Positions 1 through 11,055 of a DNA stretch of 45,661 bases are shown here, piece after piece. The position numbers were made by a program, and so were the translations under genes. The stretch spans positions 12,948,208 through 12,993,868 of the forward strand of contig NC_069000.1 in the NCBI RefSeq assembly GCF_001194135.2, given 5' to 3'. The notes below the pieces were generated by a model, which was given only the letters and a program-made list of their open reading frames with translations, was not told the origin of the DNA and did not search any database. The stretch's first letter is position 1; each line of letters opens with the position of its first letter. This DNA is from Octopus bimaculoides. Its lineage: Eukaryota.

Positions 1-690
1 TATATATATATATATGTATAGACTATGGGTTCTCTCATCAGTGAAATAAGGTGTTAATTATGTTCTATGTGCCTTGCAAAATTTTTGGTAAATGGAACAA
101 GTTGAGGACTCAGTTTGCTCGTGTGAGTCTGACTGATCTATGAGCCTTCATACATGTGTGTGTGTGTGTGTAGTTGAGTATTAAATTGAAAGATCACTCA
201 AGACTTCGAAGTCACTATCAAATAGTTTTCCTTCTAAATATAAATGTACGGTTGCTTCTCCCTGGTCTGAGTGTGTATATGCATGTGTGTGTATGCATGT
301 ATATAAGTATGTATGTATGCATGAATGCTTGCATTTATGTATGTATGTATTTATGTATGTGTGCGATGTTGCGCTGGTTGGGTGTCTACTGCTATATGAA
401 ATTGTAATGTAACACTTAATAGTATCTTGGTTCACCGTTGAACGCTTAATGCTCATGCTGTGTCAAAAGAACACGTCAGCCTATGGAGTCCATTCTTCTC
501 TGTGTTATTGAAATCGTGGTTACGAGGATTAAATAAAGTGAAATTACTGAAGCAGGAATCAAATTTTTATAGCTCACTCAGTCTTCATGGAGCCTATAAT
601 GTAATGCGGATTTATCTGTCTTTGTCTCTCTTATTCGATATGAATCTGTATTTGTGCCAGTGTGTGTTTTGTTTTTTTACTCTTTCTTTT

Positions 691-767
<77 letters not shown>

Positions 768-1559
768 NNNNNNNNNNNNNNNNNNNNNNNNNNNNNNNNN
801 NNNNNNNNNNNNNNNNNNNNNNNNNNNNNNNNNNNNNNNNNNNNNNNNNNNNNNNNNNNNNNNNNNNNNNNNNNNNNNNNNNNNNNNNNNNNNNNNNNNN
901 NNNNNNNNNNNNNNNNNNNNNNNNNNNNNNNNNNNNNNNNNNNNNNNNNNNNNNNNNNNNNNNNNNNNNNNNNNNNNNNNNNNNNNNNNNNNNNNNNNNN
1001 NNNNNNNNNNNNNNNNNNNNNNNNNNNNNNNNNNNNNNNNNNNNNNNNNNNNNNNNNNNNNNNNNNNNNNNNNNNNNNNNNNNNNNNNNNNNNNNNNNNN
1101 NNNNNNNNNNNNNNNNNNNNNNNNNNNNNNNNNNNNNNNNNNNNNNNNNNNNNNNNNNNNNNNNNNNNNNNNNNNNNNNNNNNNNNNNNNNNNNNNNNNN
1201 NNNNNNNNNNNNNNNNNNNNNNNNNNNNNNNNNNNNNNNNNNNNNNNNNNNNNNNNNNNNNNNNNNNNNNNNNNNNNNNNNNNNNNNNNNNNNNNNNNNN
1301 NNNNNNNNNNNNNNNNNNNNNNNNNNNNNNNNNNNNNNNNNNNNNNNNNNNNNNNNNNNNNNNNNNNNNNNNNNNNNNNNNNNNNNNNNNNNNNNNNNNN
1401 NNNNNNNNNNNNNNNNNNNNNNNNNNNNNNNNNNNNNNNNNNNNNNNNNNNNNNNNNNNNNNNNNNNNNNNNNNNNNNNNNNNNNNNNNNNNNNNNNNNN
1501 NNNNNNNNNNNNNNNNNNNNNNNNNNNTTAAAAAGCAATTGTGATTTTTTATTATCACC

Positions 1560-1560
<1 letters not shown>

Positions 1561-1623
<63 letters not shown>

Positions 1624-1631
1624 TAATAATG

Positions 1632-1672
<41 letters not shown>

Positions 1673-1691
1673 CATCATTATCATTATTATT
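1561..1691. repeat. (TAA)n tract immediately followed by (TTA)n tract
   Basis: Directly visible; the switch point is at 1631. Confidence 0.95.
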
Positions 1692-2304
1692 GTTGTTGTT
1701 GTTTGTGCTTGTATCATCTAACGAATGCAAAGAAACGAATCTTGTGATGGAATCAAGTATCATTCTCTTATAATATTACAGACATAAACTTGTTTCTGTT
1801 TCATGTCCTTGTCATCTCTCTTAACTTCCATGCCCATCCCAGTTACTTGTCTCTGACCATAAACTATGATTTAAACACCATTTACTGTATTCGTTTTACT
1901 TTCTTTTCTTCTTCGCATATGTTTGTTGATAACCACTCTTGTGTTTATTGCTACACATTTAAACGCGTCATTGTCATTTCAACACAATGTGTCCATTACT
2001 ACGTGGATGGAATAAGATCCTACGAAGAGAGTTAGAAAAAAAAATACAGAGACGTAAGCATCACGAAAAACAAATGTGGGATCTGTTCTGACAAATCACA
2101 AATGAAGTTCTGAGTAAACAAGACATACGTTCTAGTATGTACATGAATGTTGTAAGCTAGTCCCAGTAAACACATTTCTTATGTACATCTTGTTCAAAAT
2201 ACACTTTCAGTTGGTTTTTCCGTCGTGATAGCATTTTGTTCAAGTTCTGTCTCTTGTTGAATACATTGTTCTCGCTCTCTCAAATACTCTTTCTCTCTAA
2301 TAAT

Positions 2305-2511
2305 CCTTTCTACTGATAGTAAAAAGCCTCAAATTTGAGGGCAGGGATTAAGTCGATTACCTTGACCCCAGTGCGTAACTGGTGTGTATTTAATCGACCT
2401 CGAAAGGATGAAAGCCAAAGTTGACCTCGGCGGAATTTGAACTCAACGTAAAGACAGACGAAATACTGCTCAATTACCGGCGTCCTAACGATTCTGCTAG
2501 CTCGCCGCCTT
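2305..2511 (-). mobile_element. tRNA-derived SINE-A, near full length, with target-site duplication
   Basis: Minus-strand head AAGGCGGCGAGCTAGCAGAATCGTTAGGACGCCGG (A-box-like) and GAGTTCAAATTCC (B box). The body matches other copies in the window. Direct repeat TCTCTCTAATAAT flanks it at 2292-2304 and 2517-2529. Confidence 0.9.
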
Positions 2512-2569
2512 CATACTCTCTCTAATAATGAATATATAATACGTACACACAAGCAGGGGACAGACAGAC

Positions 2570-2580
2570 AGACAGACAGG

Positions 2581-2641
<61 letters not shown>
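2570..2641. repeat. (GACA)n(GATA)n compound microsatellite
   Basis: Directly visible. Confidence 0.95.
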
Positions 2642-2843
2642 TACACTATATTGTGTTATATTACATTATATATCGCAACTCGATGTTCACACCCGGCAAT
2701 TATTATCATCAGGTAGAAAAAATATCATGAGAAAAACTTCGGTTTAAACACCACACACTACGTAACATGTATTGCGTTGTTTCTTCCTAGTTATACTTAA
2801 ATGACATTAGTCAAACCGGGGGCAGCAGTGGCTGTTGGGGGGG

Positions 2844-2895
2844 GGATGAACTCGAAATCTCGTTCTTAAGCGCACCTCTTAACCACGCAGACATG
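2844..2895 (-). mobile_element. Decayed tRNA-like SINE head fragment
   Basis: Reverse complement CATGTCTGCGTGGTTAAGAGG...TTTCGAGTTCATCC has A-box and B-box-like spacing. Confidence 0.5.
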
Positions 2896-3000
2896 AATAC
2901 GTACACCAATATGTTTTTGGCACTTAATACATTATGAAGATAGTTGCAATATAAGTGAGGTAGCTGGACCTCGAATTCCGTATCTCCCTACAAATCATTT

Positions 3001-3121
3001 TTGCCATCTGGCTACGCTGGAGCAACGTGAAATAAAGTGTCTTGCTCAAGGACACATCTCGCCGCTAGGAATCGAACTCAGGATAGTGAGCCGAATACCT
3101 CTAACCACTAAGCCACACACC
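3001..3121 (-). mobile_element. tRNA-derived SINE-C (head plus central domain)
   Basis: Reverse complement GGTGTGTGGCTTAGTGGTTAGAGG...GAGTTCGATTCC then GTGTCCTTGAGCAAGACACTTTATTTCACGTTGCTCCAG. A second fragment is at 8138-8190. Confidence 0.75.
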
Positions 3122-3868
3122 TTCGATATCTATATTATATACAATGAAATGATGAAGCCATTCTGAGAAACTTTGAGAGATCGTTGAATTTACTTAAAAT
3201 GACTGCCAAATCTTTATCAAAATCTTATGAACGAAGAATTAGATTAGACACTATAGTCATAGGAATACAGAGAGACTGGATGGCTATGTTTAAGTTAAGG
3301 TTAAAGAACAGCATAATCCATCTAAGGAACGTAGCTCTTCAATTTTATCAAAATAAATGGGTGTTTATGAAATCTATTCTCTTCTTCGATTATATAAGAT
3401 AGATAAGATGAAAACTAGTTGCACATTAATAACGATGTTTTCTCATCTCCCGTTCGCTATAGGATTCCATAGGAAATTACATAAAGGAGGTGAATAGGGA
3501 GTTGATTCGATTCTAAGCTGCCTACTTCTTCTTACGTTATCGGGGAAGATTAATAATAACATATCTTTCAGCTTGGGTTACGCTACGCTGCTGATTTCTA
3601 CAAAGAATGAAATAGTTCTATTTGTGGTTATCATCGACTAGAAATTTTAAGAACTTCGTAATAAATAAGCAAAATAAGAAAATTGAATATGTATATTATA
3701 TGTATGTTTTCTATTATTCCTTAATTTCAAATTCAAACTTCTAATCCTGCCAAATATTATGAAGAAATGACTATCTCCTTGTATTAATTGTTTGTTAGCA
3801 GACCTTCACGTGTGAAATAATATTTTGTTGTTACTTTAGACACAAAGCTAAGAATTTTGCGACAAAGA

Positions 3869-4270
3869 GGCGCAGGAGTGGCCGTGTGGTAAGTAGCTTG
3901 CTTACCAGCCACATGGTTCCGGGTTCAGTCCCACTGCGTGGCAACTTGGGCAAGTGTCTTCTACTATTGCCTCGGGCCGACCAAAGCCTTGTGAGTGGAT
4001 TTGTTAGACGGAAACTGAAAGAAGCCTGTCGTATATATATGTATATTTATATGTGTGTGTTTGCGTGTCTGTGTTTGTCCCCCAACATCGCTTGACAACC
4101 GATGCTGGTGTGTTTACGTCCCCCGTAACTTAGCGGTGCGGCAAAAGCGTCCGATAGAATAAGTACTAGGCTGACAAAGAATAAGTCCTGGGGTCGATTT
4201 GCTCGACTAAAGGCGGTGCTCCAGCATGGCCGCAGTCAAATGACTGAAACAGGTAAAAGAGAGAGTAAAA
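3869..4270 (+). mobile_element. tRNA-derived SINE-B, full length (about 400 bp)
   Basis: A box TGGCCGTGTGG, B box GGGTTCAGTCCC, CORE-like central block CTTGGGCAAGTGTCTTCTAC, internal (TA/TG)n, and 3' tail GGCGGTGCTCCAGCATGGCCGCAGTCAAATGACTGAAAC. Homologous copies at 14104, 17333, 19095, 27565, 30246 and 31478. Confidence 0.92.
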
Positions 4271-4276
4271 GAGTAA

Positions 4277-4757
4277 GGAGGTCAGTGGACATCATCGATC
4301 CAAGAATATGACTAGCATTGTATTTTACCGACCACGAAGGATTTGAAAACAAAGTAGAATTTGATGGGATTTGAACTCAAAAATATGAGAAACAAACAAC
4401 AAAAAGAATATGACTTAATCACTTTGTCTGTCCTTGTTTGTCCCCTCTATGTTTAGCCCCTTGTGGGCAATAAAGAAATAAGAAACGTTAGCACGCCGGG
4501 CGAAATGCTTAGCGGTATTTCGTCTGCCACTACGTTCTGAGTTCAAATTCTGCCGAGGTCGACTTTGCCTTTCATCCTTTCGGGGTCGATAAATTAAGTA
4601 CCAGTTACGCATTGGGGGTCGATGTAATCGACTTAATCCAGTTGTCTGTCCTTGTTTGTCCCCCTCTGTGTTTAGCCCCTTGTGGGCAATAAAGAAATAA
4701 GAAATACCGCTCAGCATTTTGTTCGATACGATAACGACACTGCCAGTTCTCCGCCTT
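4277..4757 (-). mobile_element. Old SINE-A interrupted by a younger insertion
   Basis: Decayed body at 4277-4410 (TATTTTACCGACC...GGATTTGAACTCA) resumes at 4701-4757 (GAAATACCGCTCAGCATTTTG...TGCCAGTTCTCCGCCTT). Confidence 0.7.
4412..4704 (+). mobile_element. Young SINE-A variant with alternative tail, 218-bp tandem unit (about 1.3 copies)
   Basis: TTGTCTGTCCTTGTTTGTCCCCTCT(A/G)TGTTTAGCCCCTTGTGGGCAATAAAGAAATAAGAAA occurs at 4424 and 4642, with a 5'-truncated SINE-A head and body between them. Confidence 0.88.
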
Positions 4758-4949
4758 TCTCCGCCTTTCTCCGCAATATTAATGATAGGAACAGAAACGA
4801 ACAAAGTCGCTAACAATAAGAGAACAACGAGAAACTAGAGAACCCTCAGTAAACAACTACAAAAACGCTCGAATTTAAATTAAACTTACAAGAAACCCCA
4901 TACCACATGACAAGAGAAACTATTAAAATGCATTTCCTTCCCACAATGC

Positions 4950-5150
4950 TCCTGCGAGTGCGTCAGAGCCCTTATTAATTGCTCCCGCGTGAGCTCCGTC
5001 TATTAAGTCAACTGACGCTAAATTGCAAAGAATTGGGCATTCGCGGTGAGCCAATGTTCCTTGTGAATAGATTCATTGACGTCACTTAAGCAGCCATTCA
5101 TACGTGTGGCCAATTTCATAGTGGTTGAACTGGCTCGACATATATTGAAA
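4950..5150. promoter_or_regulatory. Candidate promoter/enhancer: CRE palindrome plus three CCAAT boxes
   Basis: TGACGTCA at 5077-5084. CCAAT at 5051-5055 and 5110-5114, ATTGG at 5032-5036. Half-CRE TGCGTCA and TGACGC nearby. Unique, CpG-containing sequence. Confidence 0.35.
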
Positions 5151-5212
5151 AGAACTTGTAGTTAATAGAAAATCTTACGCTAACAGCAAATAACAACGGC
5201 AACAACAGCAAC

Positions 5213-5244
<32 letters not shown>

Positions 5245-5359
5245 TAATAATAATGAAGAAGAAATGAAGATAAACTCGTTTTAAAAAGAGTTCCTTAAAA
5301 TACGGTGGTTGTTTAAGTAGTTGTGTACACAAGATTAAAATAAGATGGATATGTACATT

Positions 5360-5400
<41 letters not shown>

Positions 5401-5401
<1 letters not shown>

Positions 5402-5930
5402 TGGAAGTATTGCCTTCGAAACGTGGAGTAGATGAAACAGGGTCAACTAACGAAGGGGTATACTCTTTATGTTGCATGTCTCGTTTCTCTGTTTGTTTGT
5501 TTTTGTTTTTTTTCGTTGTTCGAAAAAAAAGTTCGTTGTCCATGTTTTCGTCTTTTATATTTTCGTTTCTCATTATGTTTAACGTTTTTCTTTTATGTCC
5601 TGTACCTATATATGCATGTATGTATACATATAGATCCAGGTATGTACATATATGTCTGGATATATGCATATATTAATATATTATTTATATTATATATATA
5701 TATATATATGCCCTAACTCTTCGAAACGCTTAGTTTAGAATAGGGGCAGCTGATGAAGGAAATATTCTCTATGTGGCCTGTTTGTCTTCTGTGCTCTGTT
5801 TATGTTCTGTTTTTCATTTTGTCCACGTTTTTTTTTTTGGGACGTCCTGTACCCAGATATGCATCTATATATACATGTAGATGTTGGCATGTATATACAC
5901 GTACATATATATGCATATACTCACATATTA
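5401..5930 (+). mobile_element. Dispersed repeat family D, two tandem units (305-bp period)
   Basis: Each unit starts TTCGAAACG, with CTGATGAAGG (CTAACGAAGG in unit 1) 27-29 nt later, and contains TCCTGTACC(C)...TATGCATG/TATGCATC. GAAAC at 5418 and 5723. Homologues at 20775, 30089 and 36530. Confidence 0.8.
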
Positions 5931-5940
5931 TTTGTGTGTA

Positions 5941-6004
<64 letters not shown>

Positions 6005-6242
6005 CACAAGTATACCAGTTCATACTGACAGCTGACGTTATACACTCACACAGACACACTTACATACTCACACACACACTTACACACACACACTTACACA
6101 CACACACAGATGCATACACACGCGCACACACTTACAAACACACACATTACTTTCTCTCTTCAATTTTAATCCCTTGTTTAATTGTTTATTCATTTACTGC
6201 TTTACTCTCACCTCTCATCTTCATTCTTCACTTCCCTTCTCT

Positions 6243-6319
<77 letters not shown>

Positions 6320-7286
6320 NNNNNNNNNNNNNNNNNNNNNNNNNNNNNNNNNNNNNNNNNNNNNNNNNNNNNNNNNNNNNNNNNNNNNNNNNNNNNNNNN
6401 NNNNNNNNNNNNNNNNNNNNNNNNNNNNNNNNNNNNNNNNNNNNNNNNNNNNNNNNNNNNNNNNNNNNNNNNNNNNNNNNNNNNNNNNNNNNNNNNNNNN
6501 NNNNNNNNNNNNNNNNNNNNNNNNNNNNNNNNNNNNNNNNNNNNNNNNNNNNNNNNNNNNNNNNNNNNNNNNNNNNNNNNNNNNNNNNNNNNNNNNNNNN
6601 NNNNNNNNNNNNNNNNNNNNNNNNNNNNNNNNNNNNNNNNNNNNNNNNNNNNNNNNNNNNNNNNNNNNNNNNNNNNNNNNNNNNNNNNNNNNNNNNNNNN
6701 NNNNNNNNNNNNNNNNNNNNNNNNNNNNNNNNNNNNNNNNNNNNNNNNNNNNNNNNNNNNNNNNNNNNNNNNNNNNNNNNNNNNNNNNNNNNNNNNNNNN
6801 NNNNNNNNNNNNNNNNNNNNNNNNNNNNNNNNNNNNNNNNNNNNNNNNNNNNNNNNNNNNNNNNNNNNNNNNNNNNNNNNNNNNNNNNNNNNNNNNNNNN
6901 NNNNNNNNNNNNNNNNNNNNNNNNNNNNNNNNNNNNNNNNNNNNNNNNNNNNNNNNNNNNNNNNNNNNNNNNNNNNNNNNNNNNNNNNNNNNNNNNNNNN
7001 NNNNNNNNNNNNNNNNNNNNNNNNNNNNNNNNNNNNNNNNNNNNNNNNNNNNNNNNNNNNNNNNNNNNNNNNNNNNNNNNNNNNNNNNNNNNNNNNNNNN
7101 NNNNNNNNNNNNNNNNNNNNNNNNNNNNNNNNNNNNNNNNNNNNNNNNNNNNNNNNNNNNNNNNNNNNNNNNNNNNNNNNNNNNNNNNNNNNNNNNNNNN
7201 NNNNNNNNNNNNNNNNNNNNNNNNNNNNNNNNNNNNNNNNNNNNNNNNNNNNNNNNNNNNNNNNNNNNNNNNNNNNNNNNNNNNNN

Positions 7287-7339
<53 letters not shown>

Positions 7340-8137
7340 CTGTATATATATATATGTATATGTCTCTGTGTATGTATGTGTGAGTATATGCGTGAATATG
7401 CAAGTATGTATGTATGTACTGACCCCCTCCTCGCTTGTTTGTCTACTCACTCTGTGTACCCCGTCTCCACCCGTCGTTCTCTCTCTCTCTAACGTCTTAC
7501 CTTTATCTAGCCTTATTCCCGTGTCACCAACTGTTTGTATTTTGTTCCTTTCCTTCTCATCCTGCCTCTTATAAAACCGCCACCTCTTTCGCCATCTCAC
7601 TCCCGCAACCCCCCGCAACCCTTCGCCGCCACCAGCACTTCTACTACAACTACTACTACTGCTGTTGCTACCACTACTATTACTTCTATCATCATCACCG
7701 CTACTAACACCTTTAAAACGCCAACAGTACTTCAGTAGGCAAACAAATCCCTGGACAAATAACCATATTCAAACGTGAAGTGGCTGTTGTCCATGTCACC
7801 CGGAGTCGTTCTCTTGTTCTATATATTTAACACCCCATTCTCCGTCTCAGCTTTGCCCATTGTTTGTGACATATGACATCTGCTTACTGCTGTCATGGCT
7901 GCTCCTGACGGCATTCATAACATTAACAACGTTCGCAGCAGCGTTCAACCACCGCCAACGAACCATTATGGTGACTACTCTTGCCACAACAACTATCAAC
8001 GCCAACACCACCAGCACCAGCACCAGCACCAGCGCCAGCACCACCACCCGTCGTAGTGTGAGGCTGGCTGCGTCACCAACAGCTCCGCCAGTACCGCCAC
8101 CAACTTCCGTCTTGGTAACTCCTCCTACCACCACTTC

Positions 8138-8190
8138 TGGAACAACGCGAAATGAAATGTCTTGCTCAAGAACACAACGCCATCGCCCGG
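8138..8190 (-). mobile_element. SINE-C central-domain fragment
   Basis: GGAACAACGCGAAATGAAATGTCTTGCTCAAGAACACAACGC matches 3020-3060. Confidence 0.65.
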
Positions 8191-8488
8191 TGACGTAGAC
8201 ATTGATGATTATGATGATGATGATGATGATGATGGTGATGGTGATGGAGATGGTGATGATCACCATTATGATTATGATCGTGGTAATGATTGTGATGATG
8301 GTTAGCAACGGAAAAAACAAACAAACAGTGAGTAGCTGCAATAGTTGATGAAAACTGATGAAGTCTTCACTGAATAGTGGTAATATGTTCAGTGATAGCT
8401 TAAATTGATGACACCGCGTATCACGACGGCGACGGTAAAGAAGACTTCATCAAGCGATGTCCATAATCCAGCCTTGACCACGAACCAT

Positions 8489-8533
<45 letters not shown>

Positions 8534-9019
8534 AGAGGGTAAGAGAGTATGCGCACACAGGTGTGTGTATGGGTGTGTGTGTGAATATGCGTGAAAGAAT
8601 CTGTGCATGGACAGAAACAGATGTAGCTCTTTCAATTTCTTATACTATTTCTCTCTCTCTCTCTCTCTCCCTATTTATCTATCTACCTATCTTTCTGTCT
8701 CTACCATTAATGTATTCTAAAAAACGAATACACACTCACACACACTCACCTTACCACCGATATACGTATTTATATGTCTATAAATATAGTCAAACGTAAA
8801 CCAATGCAGTTAAAATTTAACATCTTTAGATAGCTTAAAGATAATTAAACCTACGCGTGTATATAACCTTGAAATGAATACTGATACAGAAAACAGATGG
8901 ACAGTCTTATACCGTCATGTGAGGCAAACGTGTTTACTCCCTGAGATTTTACAAAAGGTACTATAATGTTTACTAAGATATAATACTTGACTACATGTAA
9001 GATATAAATCATAGGTTAT

Positions 9020-9076
9020 CAGCCATCTTTTATCTATGGATCTCTTTGATTACAATTTTATTCTGGTGGACCCCCA
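9020..9076. repeat. Dispersed repeat fragment (family F), second copy at 26860-26918
   Basis: CAGCCATCTTTTATCTATGGATCTCTTTGATTACAATTTTATTCTGGTGGACCCCCA aligns with CAGCCATTGTTTTTGCCTATGGACCTCTTTGATTCCCATTTTAGTTGGATGGACCCACA. Confidence 0.6.
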
Positions 9077-9644
9077 TCCACCCACCCATCCCACCCATTG
9101 CCATTCGCTGTTTAAAATCTAGTTTTACCGAAACTTCTCTCAAAATTCCTATTTGGTTTTTCATACATTAACTTGTATCGGTTTGAACTTTGAATATTGA
9201 AGATGAATGACGACGATGATGATGATGATGACGGTAGTTGTGCTGATGATGATACGTGTAGTAATGATGACGGTGGTGATCGTCATCAAGCGGAGGAGGA
9301 GGGGGTGGGGATATGAGACAATGATGGTGATTTCTTTTGACGAAGTACAAGATTGTTTTATTGCTAATCTCGTAGCTTCTACACAAAAATGTTCGGACGT
9401 AACAGCTGTAATAATTACATAACAACATACACAACAACAACAGCAAAAACAACAAACAGCTAGAACGGCACACCAACGACAATAAAACAACAACAACAAC
9501 AGCACCAGCAAGAACAATAACAACAACAACAATGACGAAAATGGCAGCATTAAAGCTCCTCATAAAATGTCGGTTTTGATGATGTCCCGAGTTAATAATG
9601 AAAGCCGAACCCGTGTTCGATGCATGGTGGGGTTGACGACGAGG

Positions 9645-9690
9645 AGAGGAGCATCGGAGGGAGTAGAGGAGCAACGGAGGGAGTAGAGGA
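9645..9690. repeat. 20-bp tandem repeat (2.3 copies)
   Basis: AGAGGAGCATCGGAGGGAGT / AGAGGAGCAACGGAGGGAGT / AGAGGA. Confidence 0.9.
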
Positions 9691-9889
9691 AAGCGAAGTA
9701 TGTAAAATGAACCGTCATGTGTGTCTCTGTTTCATGAATTACGGTGGACGCGTACCTGTGTATACGTACGAGTCGCGGTCAGTGTGTTTATGTGTGTGTT
9801 TGGATGTGTGCGCGCATATGTGTGTGTGTGTGTGTATGAATGCACGTATGTGTGTGTGCGTTTGTGTGCGTATGTCTGTGTGACTGTGG

Positions 9890-10530
9890 ATTACAATGAA
9901 CATGCATTAGTGTATATATATATATATATGTGTATATGTGTATGTGTGGACACGTATGTGCCTTCGTGGGGCAGCTATTTCGTGTTAGTTCCCCAACACA
10001 AACTGATTTTATGTCCATGCGCATGTCCGTGTATGTGGCTGTATACAAACGTTTGCATACACACTCAAAGTGTGTGTGTATGTGTGCATTTATTTATGTA
10101 TAAATATGCATATGTATGCATATGTGTATGTATATGTGCAATGCATATATACATACACAACCATACATACACACTCACACATATATATATATGTACATAT
10201 ATTCATATATGTATACATATTGCTTATACACACACACATATATATATATACACACACACACATACGTGCATAAATACATATGTACATATATATACATACA
10301 CATACATGCATGCATACACTCTTTGACACACATACACGAATACATACATAGATATATCCACACACACAGTCACATACACACACATATGCATATATCTATA
10401 TATACACGTGCATAAATGCATATAAACATAAACATACAGACACACACACTTACATGCATACATACATAGACACACATCTATGCTATACATAAATACACAT
10501 ACACACCCGTATATGCATACGTACGTATAT
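9890..10530. repeat. Cryptic alternating purine-pyrimidine (TA/CA/TG) low-complexity block
   Basis: Mosaic of dinucleotide repeats; source of the many spurious Y/I/H/T/V/C ORFs. Confidence 0.9.
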
Positions 10531-10817
10531 GAGTGTCTTGGTGTCTCTGCCAATACGTCAGCAGTGTGTTGAAGTGTACACGAATGTGTTGATGACAGTT
10601 ATAAATAATTCATTTAAATTCCATACGACAGACGTCTGATTACGTCATATTTGTTCAAACAATGTGTTTATAAATATATATGTGTCTATGTGTGTGTGTN
10701 NNNNNNNNNNNNNNNNNNNNNNNNNNNNNNNNNNNNNNNNNNNNNNNNNNNNNNNNNNNNNNNNNNNNNNNNNNNNNNNNNNNNNNNNNNNNNNNNNNNN
10801 NNNNNNNNNNNNNNNNN

Positions 10818-10848
<31 letters not shown>

Positions 10849-11011
10849 AATACACAAAAATGATTAACAAATATATTATAAATTTACATACATGTGTATA
10901 TGCATATATATAAATGCATGTATCTATGCATCTCACATTATCTGTCTGTGTATAGATGAGTGTGTGCGTGGGTGGGTGTGTTCCCTAAAACACTCACGCA
11001 AAGAAAAACGT

Positions 11012-11055
<44 letters not shown>

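Noticed and set aside
181-266. Possible minus-strand terminal exon DQGEATVHLYLEGKLFDSDFEVLSDLSI*
   Set aside because: The CAG acceptor is preceded by a CA/TA repeat rather than a pyrimidine tract. The peptide is unrecognised and has no partner exons.
3147-3402. 85-codon open frame (NDEAILRNFERSLNLLKMTAKS...)
   Set aside because: No recognisable motif or splice boundaries. This length is attainable by chance or from a decayed repeat.
7851-8198. Signal-peptide-like plus Thr/Pro-rich ORF after a CTCAG acceptor
   Set aside because: No in-frame ATG before the hydrophobic stretch. The Thr/Ser run is a cryptic ACC/AGC repeat, and the C-terminus is a SINE-C fragment (8138-8190).
8345-8412. C/D-box snoRNA (several TGATGA and a CTGA) or bantam-like TGAAAACTGAT
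   Set aside because: There is no terminal D box with a closing stem. The 11-nt bantam match lacks the seed and a precursor hairpin.
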